In this document: positions 39,827 to 48,688 of the stretch, piece by piece
Layout: the number at the start of each line of letters is the position of its first letter
Position numbering within the stretch: the stretch's first letter is position 1
Source of the DNA: an uncultured Chitinophagales bacterium
GTDB taxonomy: Bacteria; Bacteroidota; Bacteroidia; Chitinophagales; UBA8649
NCBI GenBank assembly: GCA_963932515.1
Contig: CAWVRT010000007.1
Span: 4,450 to 68,449 of the forward strand
Direction of reading: 5' to 3'
Length of the DNA stretch: 64,000 nucleotides
Program-made: the position numbers and the translations under genes
The notes under the pieces: generated by a model
What the model saw: only the letters and a program-made list of their open reading frames with translations
Told to the model about the DNA's origin: nothing
The model's database searches: none

Positions 39827-40846
39827 CTATTCCCAAAGGACAGAAACTTTCCCCATAGACTTTCTGTCTTTCAAGAAATTTAAAGCTTCTGTTAACTGAG
39901 CTATTTTAAAAACTTTAGCAACTGTTGGTGAAAGAATATCAGCATCTACCATTGCTACTACTTTTTCTAAACATCTTTTTACAACATGCGGTCTATCATC
40001 TCCAATTCTTAGCATATTTACCCCCACTATTCCTTTTGAAGACATCATAAATTGCACTGGATGGTATAAACCAAAACCAGCTACCATTCCTAATTTTCCT
40101 ATAATACTTGTTCCCGTCATACTAGCTGCTCCATACAATACTAATGTACCGCCAGAACCTAATAATTTAAAACCTTTTTTAGCAGAAGAACCACCTACTG
40201 CATCAAATACGGCATCTAGTCCGTAGTCTCCATTTACTCTTTTAATTTCTTCGAAAAAATCTTGTTTGTTGTAATTTATTGGATGGTGAACACCTAAAGT
40301 TTTTAAATAAGTCACTTTTTCGTCAGAACCACAAGTTCCAAAAATTTCGCATCCTCTATCTAGTGCCATTTGGACCAATGCTGTACCAACACCCCCTGCA
40401 GCTGCTTGTATCAAAACTTTATCTCCTTTATATAATGTAGTTACTTCATTAAAATTATAATAAGCAGTACTATATTGAGTGGTTAAAGCCATTGCATTAC
40501 CAGTTTTATAATACTCTTTAATAATCGCGCAAGCAGAACTTTCCGCAGCTACTTGTTCAGCATATCCACCAAAACGGGTCATTGCTGTAACTCTGTCTCC
40601 TACTTTTAAATCAGCACAGTCCCCTTTGGTATCGGTAATTCTACCAACCACATCATAACCAATAATAGCAGGCAAAGGTGGACAATCTTCATAATCGCCT
40701 TGAATTGCCATTATATCCGCATAGTTTAATCCAAAACCTTCTGTTTGAATCAACACTTGACCATCTTGTAATACAGGATTTGGAACTTCCTTAATTTCAA
40801 ATGCATTTTCTACTTTTCCAAATTTCACTAAAACTGCTGCTTTCAT
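39827..40846 (-). CDS. Zinc-type alcohol dehydrogenase / quinone oxidoreductase (MDR superfamily)
   Basis: MKAAVLVKFG... start at the ATG at 40846 (the track's TTG at 40879 adds 11 unlikely residues). Cofactor motif AAGGVGTALVQ. Confidence 0.88.
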   Translation of the reverse strand: MKAAVLVKFGKVENAFEIKEVPNPVLQDGQVLIQTEGFGLNYADIMAIQGDYEDCPPLPAIIGYDVVGRITDTKGDCADLKVGDRVTAMTRFGGYAEQVAAESSACAIIKEYYKTGNAMALTTQYSTAYYNFNEVTTLYKGDKVLIQAAAGGVGTALVQMALDRGCEIFGTCGSDEKVTYLKTLGVHHPINYNKQDFFEEIKRVNGDYGLDAVFDAVGGSSAKKGFKLLGSGGTLVLYGAASMTGTSIIGKLGMVAGFGLYHPVQFMMSSKGIVGVNMLRIGDDRPHVVKRCLEKVVAMVDADILSPTVAKVFKIAQLTEALNFLKDRKSMGKVSVLWE

Positions 40847-41019
40847 ACTGTAAAAATAAAGATTATTTTTTAGAAGCAACCAACTCTACTTTTATTCTGT
40901 CTGGGTCTTAAAAGAGATAGACTGAGTATAGCTACTTGGCTGAAAAATTAATTCAAAAAAAAAGTGCAAGAGTTTTTTAAAAAACCCGTGCACTCAATCC
41001 ACTACATAAAAAATTATGC

Positions 41020-42717
41020 TTATATTTTTTGAATGTTAGTATAACTCAATTCATTATTCTTTAACGTAATTACTAATTGATATATTCCTGTTGGAATGTT
41101 TGTGATATTTAACTTGTTATTTTCAATATCTTTTTCAGTAGCAACAACTCTACCTAAAACATCTGTTAATTGTAAAGAAACTAATTCTTCTTGTTTTTCA
41201 ATATTTAAAAAACCTGTTGTCGGGTTAGGAAATACGTTTAAGTCTACTTTATTTAAACTGTTTATAGAAGTTGTATTTACTTCTGGCAAAGCAACTAAGT
41301 CTCCTCCAGCTGCTAAAGCTACATATAAGCCAAAAGCAGCTCCATCACTATTCATTGAAGGATCTAAAAATCCAGATGCAATAACTGTAATTGCCTCACC
41401 TTCTAAACTCAAAGTACTTAATGGTGCTTCATAAGTTTTAACAACTGTAGTACCCGTTTCATCTTTTACTTCTAAAGTATAATCTGCAGTTGGTAATTCT
41501 AAATATCCAGCAAAATTACCATAACTTGCGTTATCTACTATATTCCCAGCTGTTACTTCATCAACATCTACTGTTGGAGCATCTGTAGAACCATGATGAA
41601 CTAAAATATCTGTATTTCCAGCTGTTGCTGCTGATTCTCTTCCCATTGAAAAAACTTTTAAATCAAAAGCTTGTGTTGGACTATACCCTGCAGCTGAAAC
41701 TATACCATCTGCTATTATAATATATTTTTCATCAATACCTAAGTTATAGTTAAAAGTAGTAATTGTATCTGCAACTGAAGTACTAGTACTTGGTGCAATT
41801 CCAACTTGTAAAGCAGCGGCTGCAGGTAAGTTAATAAAACCAGTAGCTGTTCTAAACTCAAAATCATCTACCGCTAAAGCACCATTTACATAGATATCTA
41901 CCATAGAAGCAGCCATATCTGGTGAATTATGAATAATATTAACTCTTGCATTTGGTGCATCAGTTAAAGGAAGAGGTATTAAATTTCCCCCTCCAGGTAA
42001 AGCTACATACAATCCAAAACCTGAACCATTACTATTCATAGATGGGTCTAAAAATCCAGATGCAACAACTACTAATGCTGAATCTGTTAAGCCTAAAGTA
42101 CTTAAAGGAGCACTATATGATCTTACATTTATTGTACCTGTAGCATCTAATACATCTAATATGTAATCTGCTGTTGGCAATTCTAAATAACCAGCAAAGT
42201 CACCATAACTTGCATCATCTACAACCGTTAAACCCAATGTTCTCTCTCTTACATCTACCATAGGAGCATCTGTAGATCCGTGATGTACTAAAACATCCGT
42301 ATTTCCAGTAGTTGTAGCCATTTCTTGTCCTATAGCAGAAACACTTAAATTAAAAGCAGGAGCTGGACTATAACCTGTTGCAGAAACAATTCCGTCTGCT
42401 ACTACTACATAAGTTTCATTTGCCATTAAGTTATAAGTAAAAGATAAACCAGTTATTGTATCTGTAATAGCAGTACTTGAAGCAGGGGCAATACTTATAG
42501 TAATATTAACACCTGCAGGGGCGTCTATATAAGAGGTAGCAGTTCTAAAGGAAAAGTCGTCAACTAACAATGAAGAACCCATTGGAGTAGTTAACCAAAC
42601 ATCAACTGTTTGTGCAGCAGCATCTGCCGAATTATGAATTGCCTGAAGTCTTGCTGTTTGAGCAAAAGCAGGAATGATTAAAAAGCTTACTATTATTGTG
42701 TTTAATAATTTTTTCAT
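41020..42717 (-). CDS. Secreted DUF4397-like tandem-repeat protein with T9SS C-terminal sorting domain
   Basis: 565 aa with a signal peptide. Two ~230-aa repeats follow (each with IHNS.D.A...VD...., LVHHGSTDAP.VDV and ASGFLDPSMNS.G..FGLYVAL). The C-terminus reads VFPNPTTGFLNI...GIYQLVIT. Confidence 0.8.
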   Translation of the reverse strand: MKKLLNTIIVSFLIIPAFAQTARLQAIHNSADAAAQTVDVWLTTPMGSSLLVDDFSFRTATSYIDAPAGVNITISIAPASSTAITDTITGLSFTYNLMANETYVVVADGIVSATGYSPAPAFNLSVSAIGQEMATTTGNTDVLVHHGSTDAPMVDVRERTLGLTVVDDASYGDFAGYLELPTADYILDVLDATGTINVRSYSAPLSTLGLTDSALVVVASGFLDPSMNSNGSGFGLYVALPGGGNLIPLPLTDAPNARVNIIHNSPDMAASMVDIYVNGALAVDDFEFRTATGFINLPAAAALQVGIAPSTSTSVADTITTFNYNLGIDEKYIIIADGIVSAAGYSPTQAFDLKVFSMGRESAATAGNTDILVHHGSTDAPTVDVDEVTAGNIVDNASYGNFAGYLELPTADYTLEVKDETGTTVVKTYEAPLSTLSLEGEAITVIASGFLDPSMNSDGAAFGLYVALAAGGDLVALPEVNTTSINSLNKVDLNVFPNPTTGFLNIEKQEELVSLQLTDVLGRVVATEKDIENNKLNITNIPTGIYQLVITLKNNELSYTNIQKI

Positions 42718-42751
42718 GATACTTTGTTTTTTTTGTTTAACATTTATAGTG

Positions 42752-42759
42752 CAAACTTA
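42752..42759 (-). promoter_or_regulatory. -7 promoter box candidate for the DUF4397-like gene
   Basis: The plus strand reads caaactta, which is TAAGTTTG on the minus strand. It lies 35 nt upstream of the ATG at 42717. Confidence 0.35.
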
Positions 42760-42896
42760 AACAAAATATTTTTTATTGTTTAATCTTTTTGAATTTATTT
42801 TAAACAGAAAGTGTTAAAAATACTAAAATCAAGCTATAACAGAGTTTAAGAATAAAAATAGAAAGTTAGATACAATTAATAAATCTGCCTAAAAAA

Positions 42897-43076
42897 ATGA
42901 TTTTGAAAAAAAATACCCTAACGAGCAATAGAAAATACTGCACAAAGAGCAATTCGTTACTAAAAAATATAAGTACAATATTGAAAAGACCAGCGAATGA
43001 AAAAGCTTTTTTATTGATTCCAGTTGGCTACCCTACTGGCAATTGTAAAGTACCTGTTCTTAAAAGAAAAATTTAA
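42897..43076 (+). pseudogene. C-terminal remnant of a nitroreductase-family gene
   Basis: A hand-translated 59-codon ORF ends ...LLKNISTILKRPANEKAFLLIPVGYPTGNCKVPVLKRKI*. The tail matches the conserved C-terminal strand of FMN nitroreductases. No room or sequence remains for the ~150 upstream residues. Confidence 0.55.
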
Positions 43077-43132
43077 ATGAGGTTTCTGTATTTTATGAAT
43101 AAAATTCATTCTTTCAACCCTAGTACATCTAA

Positions 43133-43531
43133 CTAAATCAAAGAAAGTTTTTGAAGTAATGCCTTTACTGCAATTTCTATTTCTTTAGCCTCTACAATTT
43201 TATTCTTATTATAAATAAACATTAAAGCCAAAGCCTTATTATCTTCTTGCAATTTAATTAAGAATAGAGATTTGCTAGTCCTGTATGCTTGGCGCATCAA
43301 TCTTTTAATTCGGTTTCTATCTACAGCTAACTTAAATTTTGACTTAGAAACCGTGAAACCTACTTGTGGTAGATGAAAAGAATTTTCATCTACTATTTTG
43401 AATGCAACCGTTAACGGCTTACAAACAAAAAAACTTCCCTCTTTTCTATCAAAAAGGGAAGTTATTATTTTTTTACTTTTTAAACGTTCTGGACGTTTAA
43501 ATGTATTATTATTTAAGTCTACTTTCGTCAG
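43133..43531 (-). CDS. rnpA: Ribonuclease P protein component (start codon uncertain)
   Basis: Hand translation gives ...[41 protein letters not shown]...[31 protein letters not shown]...LSLI*. This carries the RNase P protein RNR motif and lies immediately downstream of rpmH. There is no in-frame ATG/GTG/TTG before the conserved N-terminus. The only table-11 start in the open frame is the CTG at 43531-43529, inside rpmH. Confidence 0.75.
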   Translation of the reverse strand: MTKVDLNNNTFKRPERLKSKKIITSLFDRKEGSFFVCKPLTVAFKIVDENSFHLPQVGFTVSKSKFKLAVDRNRIKRLMRQAYRTSKSLFLIKLQEDNKALALMFIYNKNKIVEAKEIEIAVKALLQKLSLI

Positions 43532-43664
43532 AAACTGTTAATTTACTTCTTCCTTTAGCTCTTCTTCTAGCAATTACTTTTCTACCAGCTTTAGTACTCA
43601 TTCTTTCACGAAATCCGTGTTTATTTCTTCTCTTTCTTCTCGACGGTTGGAATGTTCTTTTCAT
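43509..43664 (-). CDS. rpmH: 50S ribosomal protein L34
   Basis: Hand translation gives [51 protein letters not shown] (51 aa). It is below the ORF-track length cutoff. Confidence 0.95.
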   Translation of the reverse strand: MKRTFQPSRRKRRNKHGFRERMSTKAGRKVIARRRAKGRSKLTVSDESRLK

Positions 43665-43699
43665 TTTATTATGTTTTTCCTCTTTTTATAAACGGAGGG

Positions 43700-43707
43700 C
43701 AAATGTA
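43700..43707 (-). promoter_or_regulatory. -7 promoter box candidate for rpmH-rnpA
   Basis: The plus strand reads caaatgta, which is TACATTTG on the minus strand. It lies 36 nt upstream of the rpmH ATG. Confidence 0.4.
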
Positions 43708-43784
43708 AGGTTTTTATTTTAAAAAATATATTAAAATCGTATTTTTTGGGGATTTGACTTTTAAATTATATAGCGCTTAGTTTA

Positions 43785-45608
43785 TTACTGTTTAGTTTCG
43801 ACCCATTCATTCACTAATTCCTCCAAAATATTCAAGGGTACTTGTCCGTTTGTTAAGACTACCTCATGAAATTCTCTGATGTCAAATTTTTCTCCTAATA
43901 TTTTTTTCGCAGATTCTCTAATAGTCAATATTTTCATTTGTCCCACTTTATAAGATGTTGCTTGCGTAGGCATTACGATATGTCTTTCTACCATTTTTGT
44001 ACATTCTACTTCCCCAGCGGAAGTATTGTCCAAATAGAAATCAATAGCCTCTTCTCTCGTCCATCTTTTTACATGAATACCAACATCTACCACCAATCTA
44101 CAAGCTCTCCAAAGCTCCATAGACAATCTTCCAAAGTCTGAATACGGATCTTGATAAAAGCCAATTTCTTTAGGAATAAATTCAGAATACAAACCCCAGC
44201 CTTCACTATATGACGTATAATGAGCATCTCTTGTTCTATATTTTGGTAAGTTTTCTAATTCTTGTGCAATAGAAATTTGCATATGGTGCCCAGGAATAGC
44301 TTCATGAAAACTTAAAGCCTCCATTTCATATTTTGGCATAACAGCCATATCGTACAAGTTTACATAATAATATCCTGGCCTGCTACCATCTGGCGCTCCG
44401 CTATTATAAAACGCTACTCCTGAAGATTTTTCTCTAAAAGGCTCCACCTTTCTTACTTCTAGTTTGGCTTTAGGTTTAGTAATAAACAGTTCATCTAAAC
44501 GAGTTTTCATGGCATCTATCAATAAAATATTTTTATCTAAATAAGCTTTTCTACCTTCCTCTGTGTTTTCGTAATAAAACTGCTTATCATTTTTCATGAA
44601 ATCGAAAAAATCATATAAATCACCTTCAAAACTTACTTTTTCAGCAATTTTCTCCATTTCTATATGTATTCTTGCTATCTCAGACATTCCAACATCATAA
44701 ATATCTTGCGGAGTCATTTCTGTAGTTGTTGTGTTTTTTAAAGATATCTTATAATATTCTTCTCCATTAGGTAATTTCCAAACACCCGCATCTTCAGTTG
44801 CCAAAGCTTCTGTTTCTTTTACAACATCTATTAATTTTAAATAAGCTGGTTGAAAGACTTTCAGCAAAGCAATTTCTGCATTATTAATTAATTTATTTCT
44901 TGTCTCATCACTTAGAGAATCAATATTTTCTACATCTTTTTTAAAGTCTTCTAACAATGGATTTACTTTTTCTACTTGTTCAAAAGGATACCCACTTATT
45001 AAATTTTCGCAATCTTGCAAAACATAAGGATATACAAATTTTGGCGCTAATATTCCTTTGGTATTTCTGTTTCTTAAGCCATCTACCAATTCATCAATTT
45101 TTACATCAATTTTACTAACTCTCGCTATCCAATCTTCTGCATCTTTTACATTCGTAATTTGGTGAACATTCATTAAAAAGGTAGCAAACCATTTATGCGA
45201 ACCAAACATTTGATTTACTGGATAATTATGATATCTCCATTTATAATTTACGATACCATCTTGCTGGTCATTTAACCACATTCTATAAGTTAATGCTGAT
45301 TGTTTATCTAATTTATTAATATCAAATTGTTCTTTAACAAAAGCCATATCTGTAATAGCCATATTGTGATACATTTCTGAAATAGAATCATTATAAAGAC
45401 CCCATTGGTCATAATTGTCTTTTATTCCCAAATAAGCTTGACTTACTGGCGACATAGAAACATAAATATCATAGATGCTATCTAATGCCGTGTTAAATTT
45501 TAAAGATTCTATTTTTATTGTTTCTTCTGAAATTTCAGATTTAGATTTCATATCGCAAGAAACTAAAATCAATAAAAAAATGGAAAAAAGTAAAGGAGTT
45601 TTATTCAT
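43785..45608 (-). CDS. DUF885-family protein (metallopeptidase-like HExxxH)
   Basis: 607 aa with a lipoprotein-type signal (LILVSC). The HEAIPGHH motif and overall length are typical of DUF885. Confidence 0.8.
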   Translation of the reverse strand: MNKTPLLFSIFLLILVSCDMKSKSEISEETIKIESLKFNTALDSIYDIYVSMSPVSQAYLGIKDNYDQWGLYNDSISEMYHNMAITDMAFVKEQFDINKLDKQSALTYRMWLNDQQDGIVNYKWRYHNYPVNQMFGSHKWFATFLMNVHQITNVKDAEDWIARVSKIDVKIDELVDGLRNRNTKGILAPKFVYPYVLQDCENLISGYPFEQVEKVNPLLEDFKKDVENIDSLSDETRNKLINNAEIALLKVFQPAYLKLIDVVKETEALATEDAGVWKLPNGEEYYKISLKNTTTTEMTPQDIYDVGMSEIARIHIEMEKIAEKVSFEGDLYDFFDFMKNDKQFYYENTEEGRKAYLDKNILLIDAMKTRLDELFITKPKAKLEVRKVEPFREKSSGVAFYNSGAPDGSRPGYYYVNLYDMAVMPKYEMEALSFHEAIPGHHMQISIAQELENLPKYRTRDAHYTSYSEGWGLYSEFIPKEIGFYQDPYSDFGRLSMELWRACRLVVDVGIHVKRWTREEAIDFYLDNTSAGEVECTKMVERHIVMPTQATSYKVGQMKILTIRESAKKILGEKFDIREFHEVVLTNGQVPLNILEELVNEWVETKQ

Positions 45609-45720
45609 TTTGGACAGTTTTTCTTTAATTACAAATGTAGTGTTATTTTTTAATAGTAATTTTCAGTTTTAAACGAATTTTTTGTAATAAAAAATCAATA
45701 TTTAGTACTAAACGTAAAAA

Positions 45721-46698
45721 ATGGATAAGAAAATAAAAATCATTAAAAACAGATCAGATTTAGGCGCAGGAACTAGAGGTTCTGATATGGGTATTGACGC
45801 TATTGAAATTGCTGCAATAAACAAGGGAAGTGATTTCTTTAGCCTTTACCAGTTTAAAGATGTAGCCACCGTAAACGAAGCCATTTACAACAAACAAAAA
45901 GCAAAGTTTGCTTTTAGAATAGAAAACGTTTTAAAAGTTTGTACTAATCTAGCTATTGATGTAAAAGATGCAATAACGGAAGATTTTTTCCCAATAGTAA
46001 TATCTGGAGATCACTCTTCTGCTTTAGGTACTATTTCTGGAATAAAAATGGCTCACCCAAATAAACGATTAGGTGTTGTTTGGATAGATGCTCATGCAGA
46101 TGTTCATTCTCCTTACACAACACCTTCTGGAAATATTCATGGAATGCCTTTGTCTGCTGCTTTGGCCGATAATAATTTAGATAGAAAAATAAACAACCTT
46201 ACAGCTGACACCGATAAACATTGGGAAGCCATGAAAAGCATTGGTGGCATTGCTCCTAAAATTGTTGCTGATGATTTAATTTACTTTGGTGTAAGAGATA
46301 CTGAAGAGTCCGAAGATTATTTTATTGAAAAAAATAATATCAAAAATTACAAAGTTGCTGAAGTTAGATATAGAGGAATGGAAGTTTGTTTACAAGAATC
46401 TTTTGAGAAATTAAAAGATTGTGATCATATTTATATTTCTTTTGACGTAGATAGTATGGACTGTGATTTAATTTCAAAAGGAACTGGAACACCGGTTTCT
46501 AAAGGTTTTGACCAAGAAGAAATAATACAAATCATTAAAGGCTTTATCGATACAAAAAAAGTAGCTAGTGTAGAAATAGTAGAAGTAAATCCTTGTTTAG
46601 ATACCAAAGGGAACAAAATGGCTGAAACAGCTTTTGAAGTACTTGAAAGCATTACGGATACTATAGAAAAAAATCTTTCGTTAAATCAAAACTTATAG
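45721..46698 (+). CDS. Arginase/ureohydrolase family protein (arginase or formimidoylglutamase)
   Basis: 325 aa. Mn-binding motifs SGDHS, WIDAHADVH, SGNIHGMPLS and SFDVDSMD. Confidence 0.85.
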   Translation: MDKKIKIIKNRSDLGAGTRGSDMGIDAIEIAAINKGSDFFSLYQFKDVATVNEAIYNKQKAKFAFRIENVLKVCTNLAIDVKDAITEDFFPIVISGDHSSALGTISGIKMAHPNKRLGVVWIDAHADVHSPYTTPSGNIHGMPLSAALADNNLDRKINNLTADTDKHWEAMKSIGGIAPKIVADDLIYFGVRDTEESEDYFIEKNNIKNYKVAEVRYRGMEVCLQESFEKLKDCDHIYISFDVDSMDCDLISKGTGTPVSKGFDQEEIIQIIKGFIDTKKVASVEIVEVNPCLDTKGNKMAETAFEVLESITDTIEKNLSLNQNL

Positions 46699-46729
46699 CT
46701 TTAATATTCTTAACCATTAAAAAATAATT

Positions 46730-48682
46730 ATAAAACTTTCAATTGTCATAGTAAATTATAATGTCCGATATTTTTTGGAGCAAGTACTTTTGTCTGTACA
46801 AAAAGCCATAATAAATATTGATGCAGAGGTATTTGTAGTAGATAATGATTCTAAAGATTATTCGGTAGAAATGCTTATTGAAAAATTTCCTTGGGTAAAA
46901 GTTATTGCAAATAAAAAAAATACTGGCTTTTCTGTTGCCAATAATCAAGCGATTAAAGAAAGTACTGGTGAGTATGTTTTGTTACTAAACCCAGACACGG
47001 TTGTAGAAGAAGATACTTTTGAAAAATGCATTTCTTTTATGGATTCACGTCCAAATGCAGGAGGATTAGGCGTAAAAATGATAGACGGAAAAGGAAATTT
47101 TTTACCTGAATCTAAAAGAGCATTACCTACTGCTAAAGTTGCTTTTTTCAAAGCTTTTGGTCTTTCATCCATTTTTCCTAAATCAAAAACCTTTGCTAAG
47201 TATCATTTAGGTTATTTAGATGAAAATGAAACACATTCAGTAGAAATATTGGCAGGAGCATTTATGTTTATGAGAAAATCAGTGCTAGAAGAAATAGGTT
47301 TACTAGACGAGACCTTCTTTATGTATGGAGAAGATATTGACTTATCTTACAGAATAATAAAAAACGGAAATGAAAATTATTACTATCCTGAAACACAAAT
47401 AATTCATTATAAAGGAGAAAGTACAAAAAAGGGCAGTTTAAATTATGTAAAAATATTTTATGAAGCCATGCTTATTTTTGCTAGAAAGCATTTTAGCCCA
47501 CAAGAAGCTAAATTATATTCCGTTGCCATATATTTCGCTATTTTCATTAAAGGATTATTGACCATAGTTGGTAATTTTGTTCGAAAAGCAAGTATGCCAA
47601 TCTTAGATTTTTTGGCTGCTTTTACAGGTCTTTATATAATAAAAGAATTTTGGGCGGTAAAAATTAAAGCTTCTGTAAATTATTACCCTGATGAATTTAC
47701 TTACTATGTAATTCCCGTATATATAATCATTTGGCTAACGAGTGGCTATTTAAGTGGCGCTTATGACAAACCTTTTCGAAGCAAAAAGACATTTAGAGCA
47801 TTAATATTTGGCACCTTGGTTTTAGCTGCTATTTATGGATTTCTACCTGAATATCTAAGATTTTCAAGAGCACTAATTTTAATGGGAGCTGCTTGGACTT
47901 TTATCGTGATGCTTTTAAATCGATTTATGTATAATTTTTTAATACACAAAAAAGCAAGTTTTGAAATTAGTGAAGTGAAAAATGTTGCCATTATTGGTGG
48001 GAAAGAAGAATCTCAAAGAGTATTAATGCTTCTAAAACAAACAAGCGACACGGCTAATTTTATTGGGTTTGTATCGTTAACTGACTCTGACGATAAAGAA
48101 GTTTTAGGAAACATAAAACAGCTAGAAGACATTGCTAGCCTTTATAATTTAAACGAAATGATATTTTGTGCCAAAGATATTTCTTCTAAAAAAGTAATGG
48201 CATTAATAACCGAATTAGGAAATAATTTAAGTTATAAAATTGTACCACCAAAGAGTTTAAGTATTATTGGTAGTGACTCTAAAAACACCGCTGGTGATTT
48301 ATATGCTGTAGATATAAACTTGGAAATTGACCAAACACGTTCTAAACAATTAAAGAGATTGTTTGATGTTGTTAGTTCTTTATTATTACTTTTTAGCTTA
48401 CCATTGAATATTTGGTTTGTTAAAAATAAGGCAGGGTTTATTTTTAATCTATTTAAAGTGTTTTCAGGAAGAAAAACTTGGGTTTCTTATGCTAAGTTTG
48501 ATAAAAAAACGTACAACTTACCAGTAATAAAAATGGGTGTTATTAATCCAATAATTGCTTCTGGGTTGTCAGAAAACGACTCAATAAACACCGACAGAAT
48601 AAATCTTTTTTACGCCAAAAACTATTCTGTAGAAAAAGATTTATTGTATGTATTTAAAGGATTTAAATTTTTAGGGAATTAA
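46730..48682 (+). CDS. Family 2 glycosyltransferase fused to a membrane region and a shortened sugar-transferase-like C-terminus (start codon uncertain)
   Basis: GT2 motifs VVDNDSKD, NTGFSVANNQ, LLLNPDT and YGEDIDLSYR, then several TM segments, a Rossmann-like VAIIGGKEE and KRLFDVVSSLLLLFSLPL. The conserved first strand KLSIVIVNYNVRYF lies upstream of the only canonical start (TTG at 46775). The ATA at 46730 or the ATT at 46727/46742 are the in-frame alternatives. Confidence 0.75.
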   Translation: MKLSIVIVNYNVRYFLEQVLLSVQKAIINIDAEVFVVDNDSKDYSVEMLIEKFPWVKVIANKKNTGFSVANNQAIKESTGEYVLLLNPDTVVEEDTFEKCISFMDSRPNAGGLGVKMIDGKGNFLPESKRALPTAKVAFFKAFGLSSIFPKSKTFAKYHLGYLDENETHSVEILAGAFMFMRKSVLEEIGLLDETFFMYGEDIDLSYRIIKNGNENYYYPETQIIHYKGESTKKGSLNYVKIFYEAMLIFARKHFSPQEAKLYSVAIYFAIFIKGLLTIVGNFVRKASMPILDFLAAFTGLYIIKEFWAVKIKASVNYYPDEFTYYVIPVYIIIWLTSGYLSGAYDKPFRSKKTFRALIFGTLVLAAIYGFLPEYLRFSRALILMGAAWTFIVMLLNRFMYNFLIHKKASFEISEVKNVAIIGGKEESQRVLMLLKQTSDTANFIGFVSLTDSDDKEVLGNIKQLEDIASLYNLNEMIFCAKDISSKKVMALITELGNNLSYKIVPPKSLSIIGSDSKNTAGDLYAVDINLEIDQTRSKQLKRLFDVVSSLLLLFSLPLNIWFVKNKAGFIFNLFKVFSGRKTWVSYAKFDKKTYNLPVIKMGVINPIIASGLSENDSINTDRINLFYAKNYSVEKDLLYVFKGFKFLGN

Positions 48683-48688
48683 AGAGTT

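Noticed and set aside
40940-41010. An imperfect hairpin, agtgca...tgcact, with an inner ttttttaaaaaa palindrome downstream of the DUF4397-like gene
   Set aside because: The stem is interrupted and mostly A-T, so it is too weak to call as a terminator.
43501-43722. A 73-aa plus-strand ORF
   Set aside because: It is antisense to rpmH (L34), whose identity is unambiguous.
37706-46698. hutU plus an arginase-family gene as a histidine-utilisation operon
   Set aside because: The two genes are about 6 kb apart on opposite strands with unrelated genes between them. No hutH or hutI is in the window, and the ureohydrolase could equally be an arginase.
46739-46948. A 69-aa minus-strand ORF, plus a 75-aa ORF at 46945-47172
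   Set aside because: Both are antisense to the GT2 catalytic domain and AT-rich low complexity.
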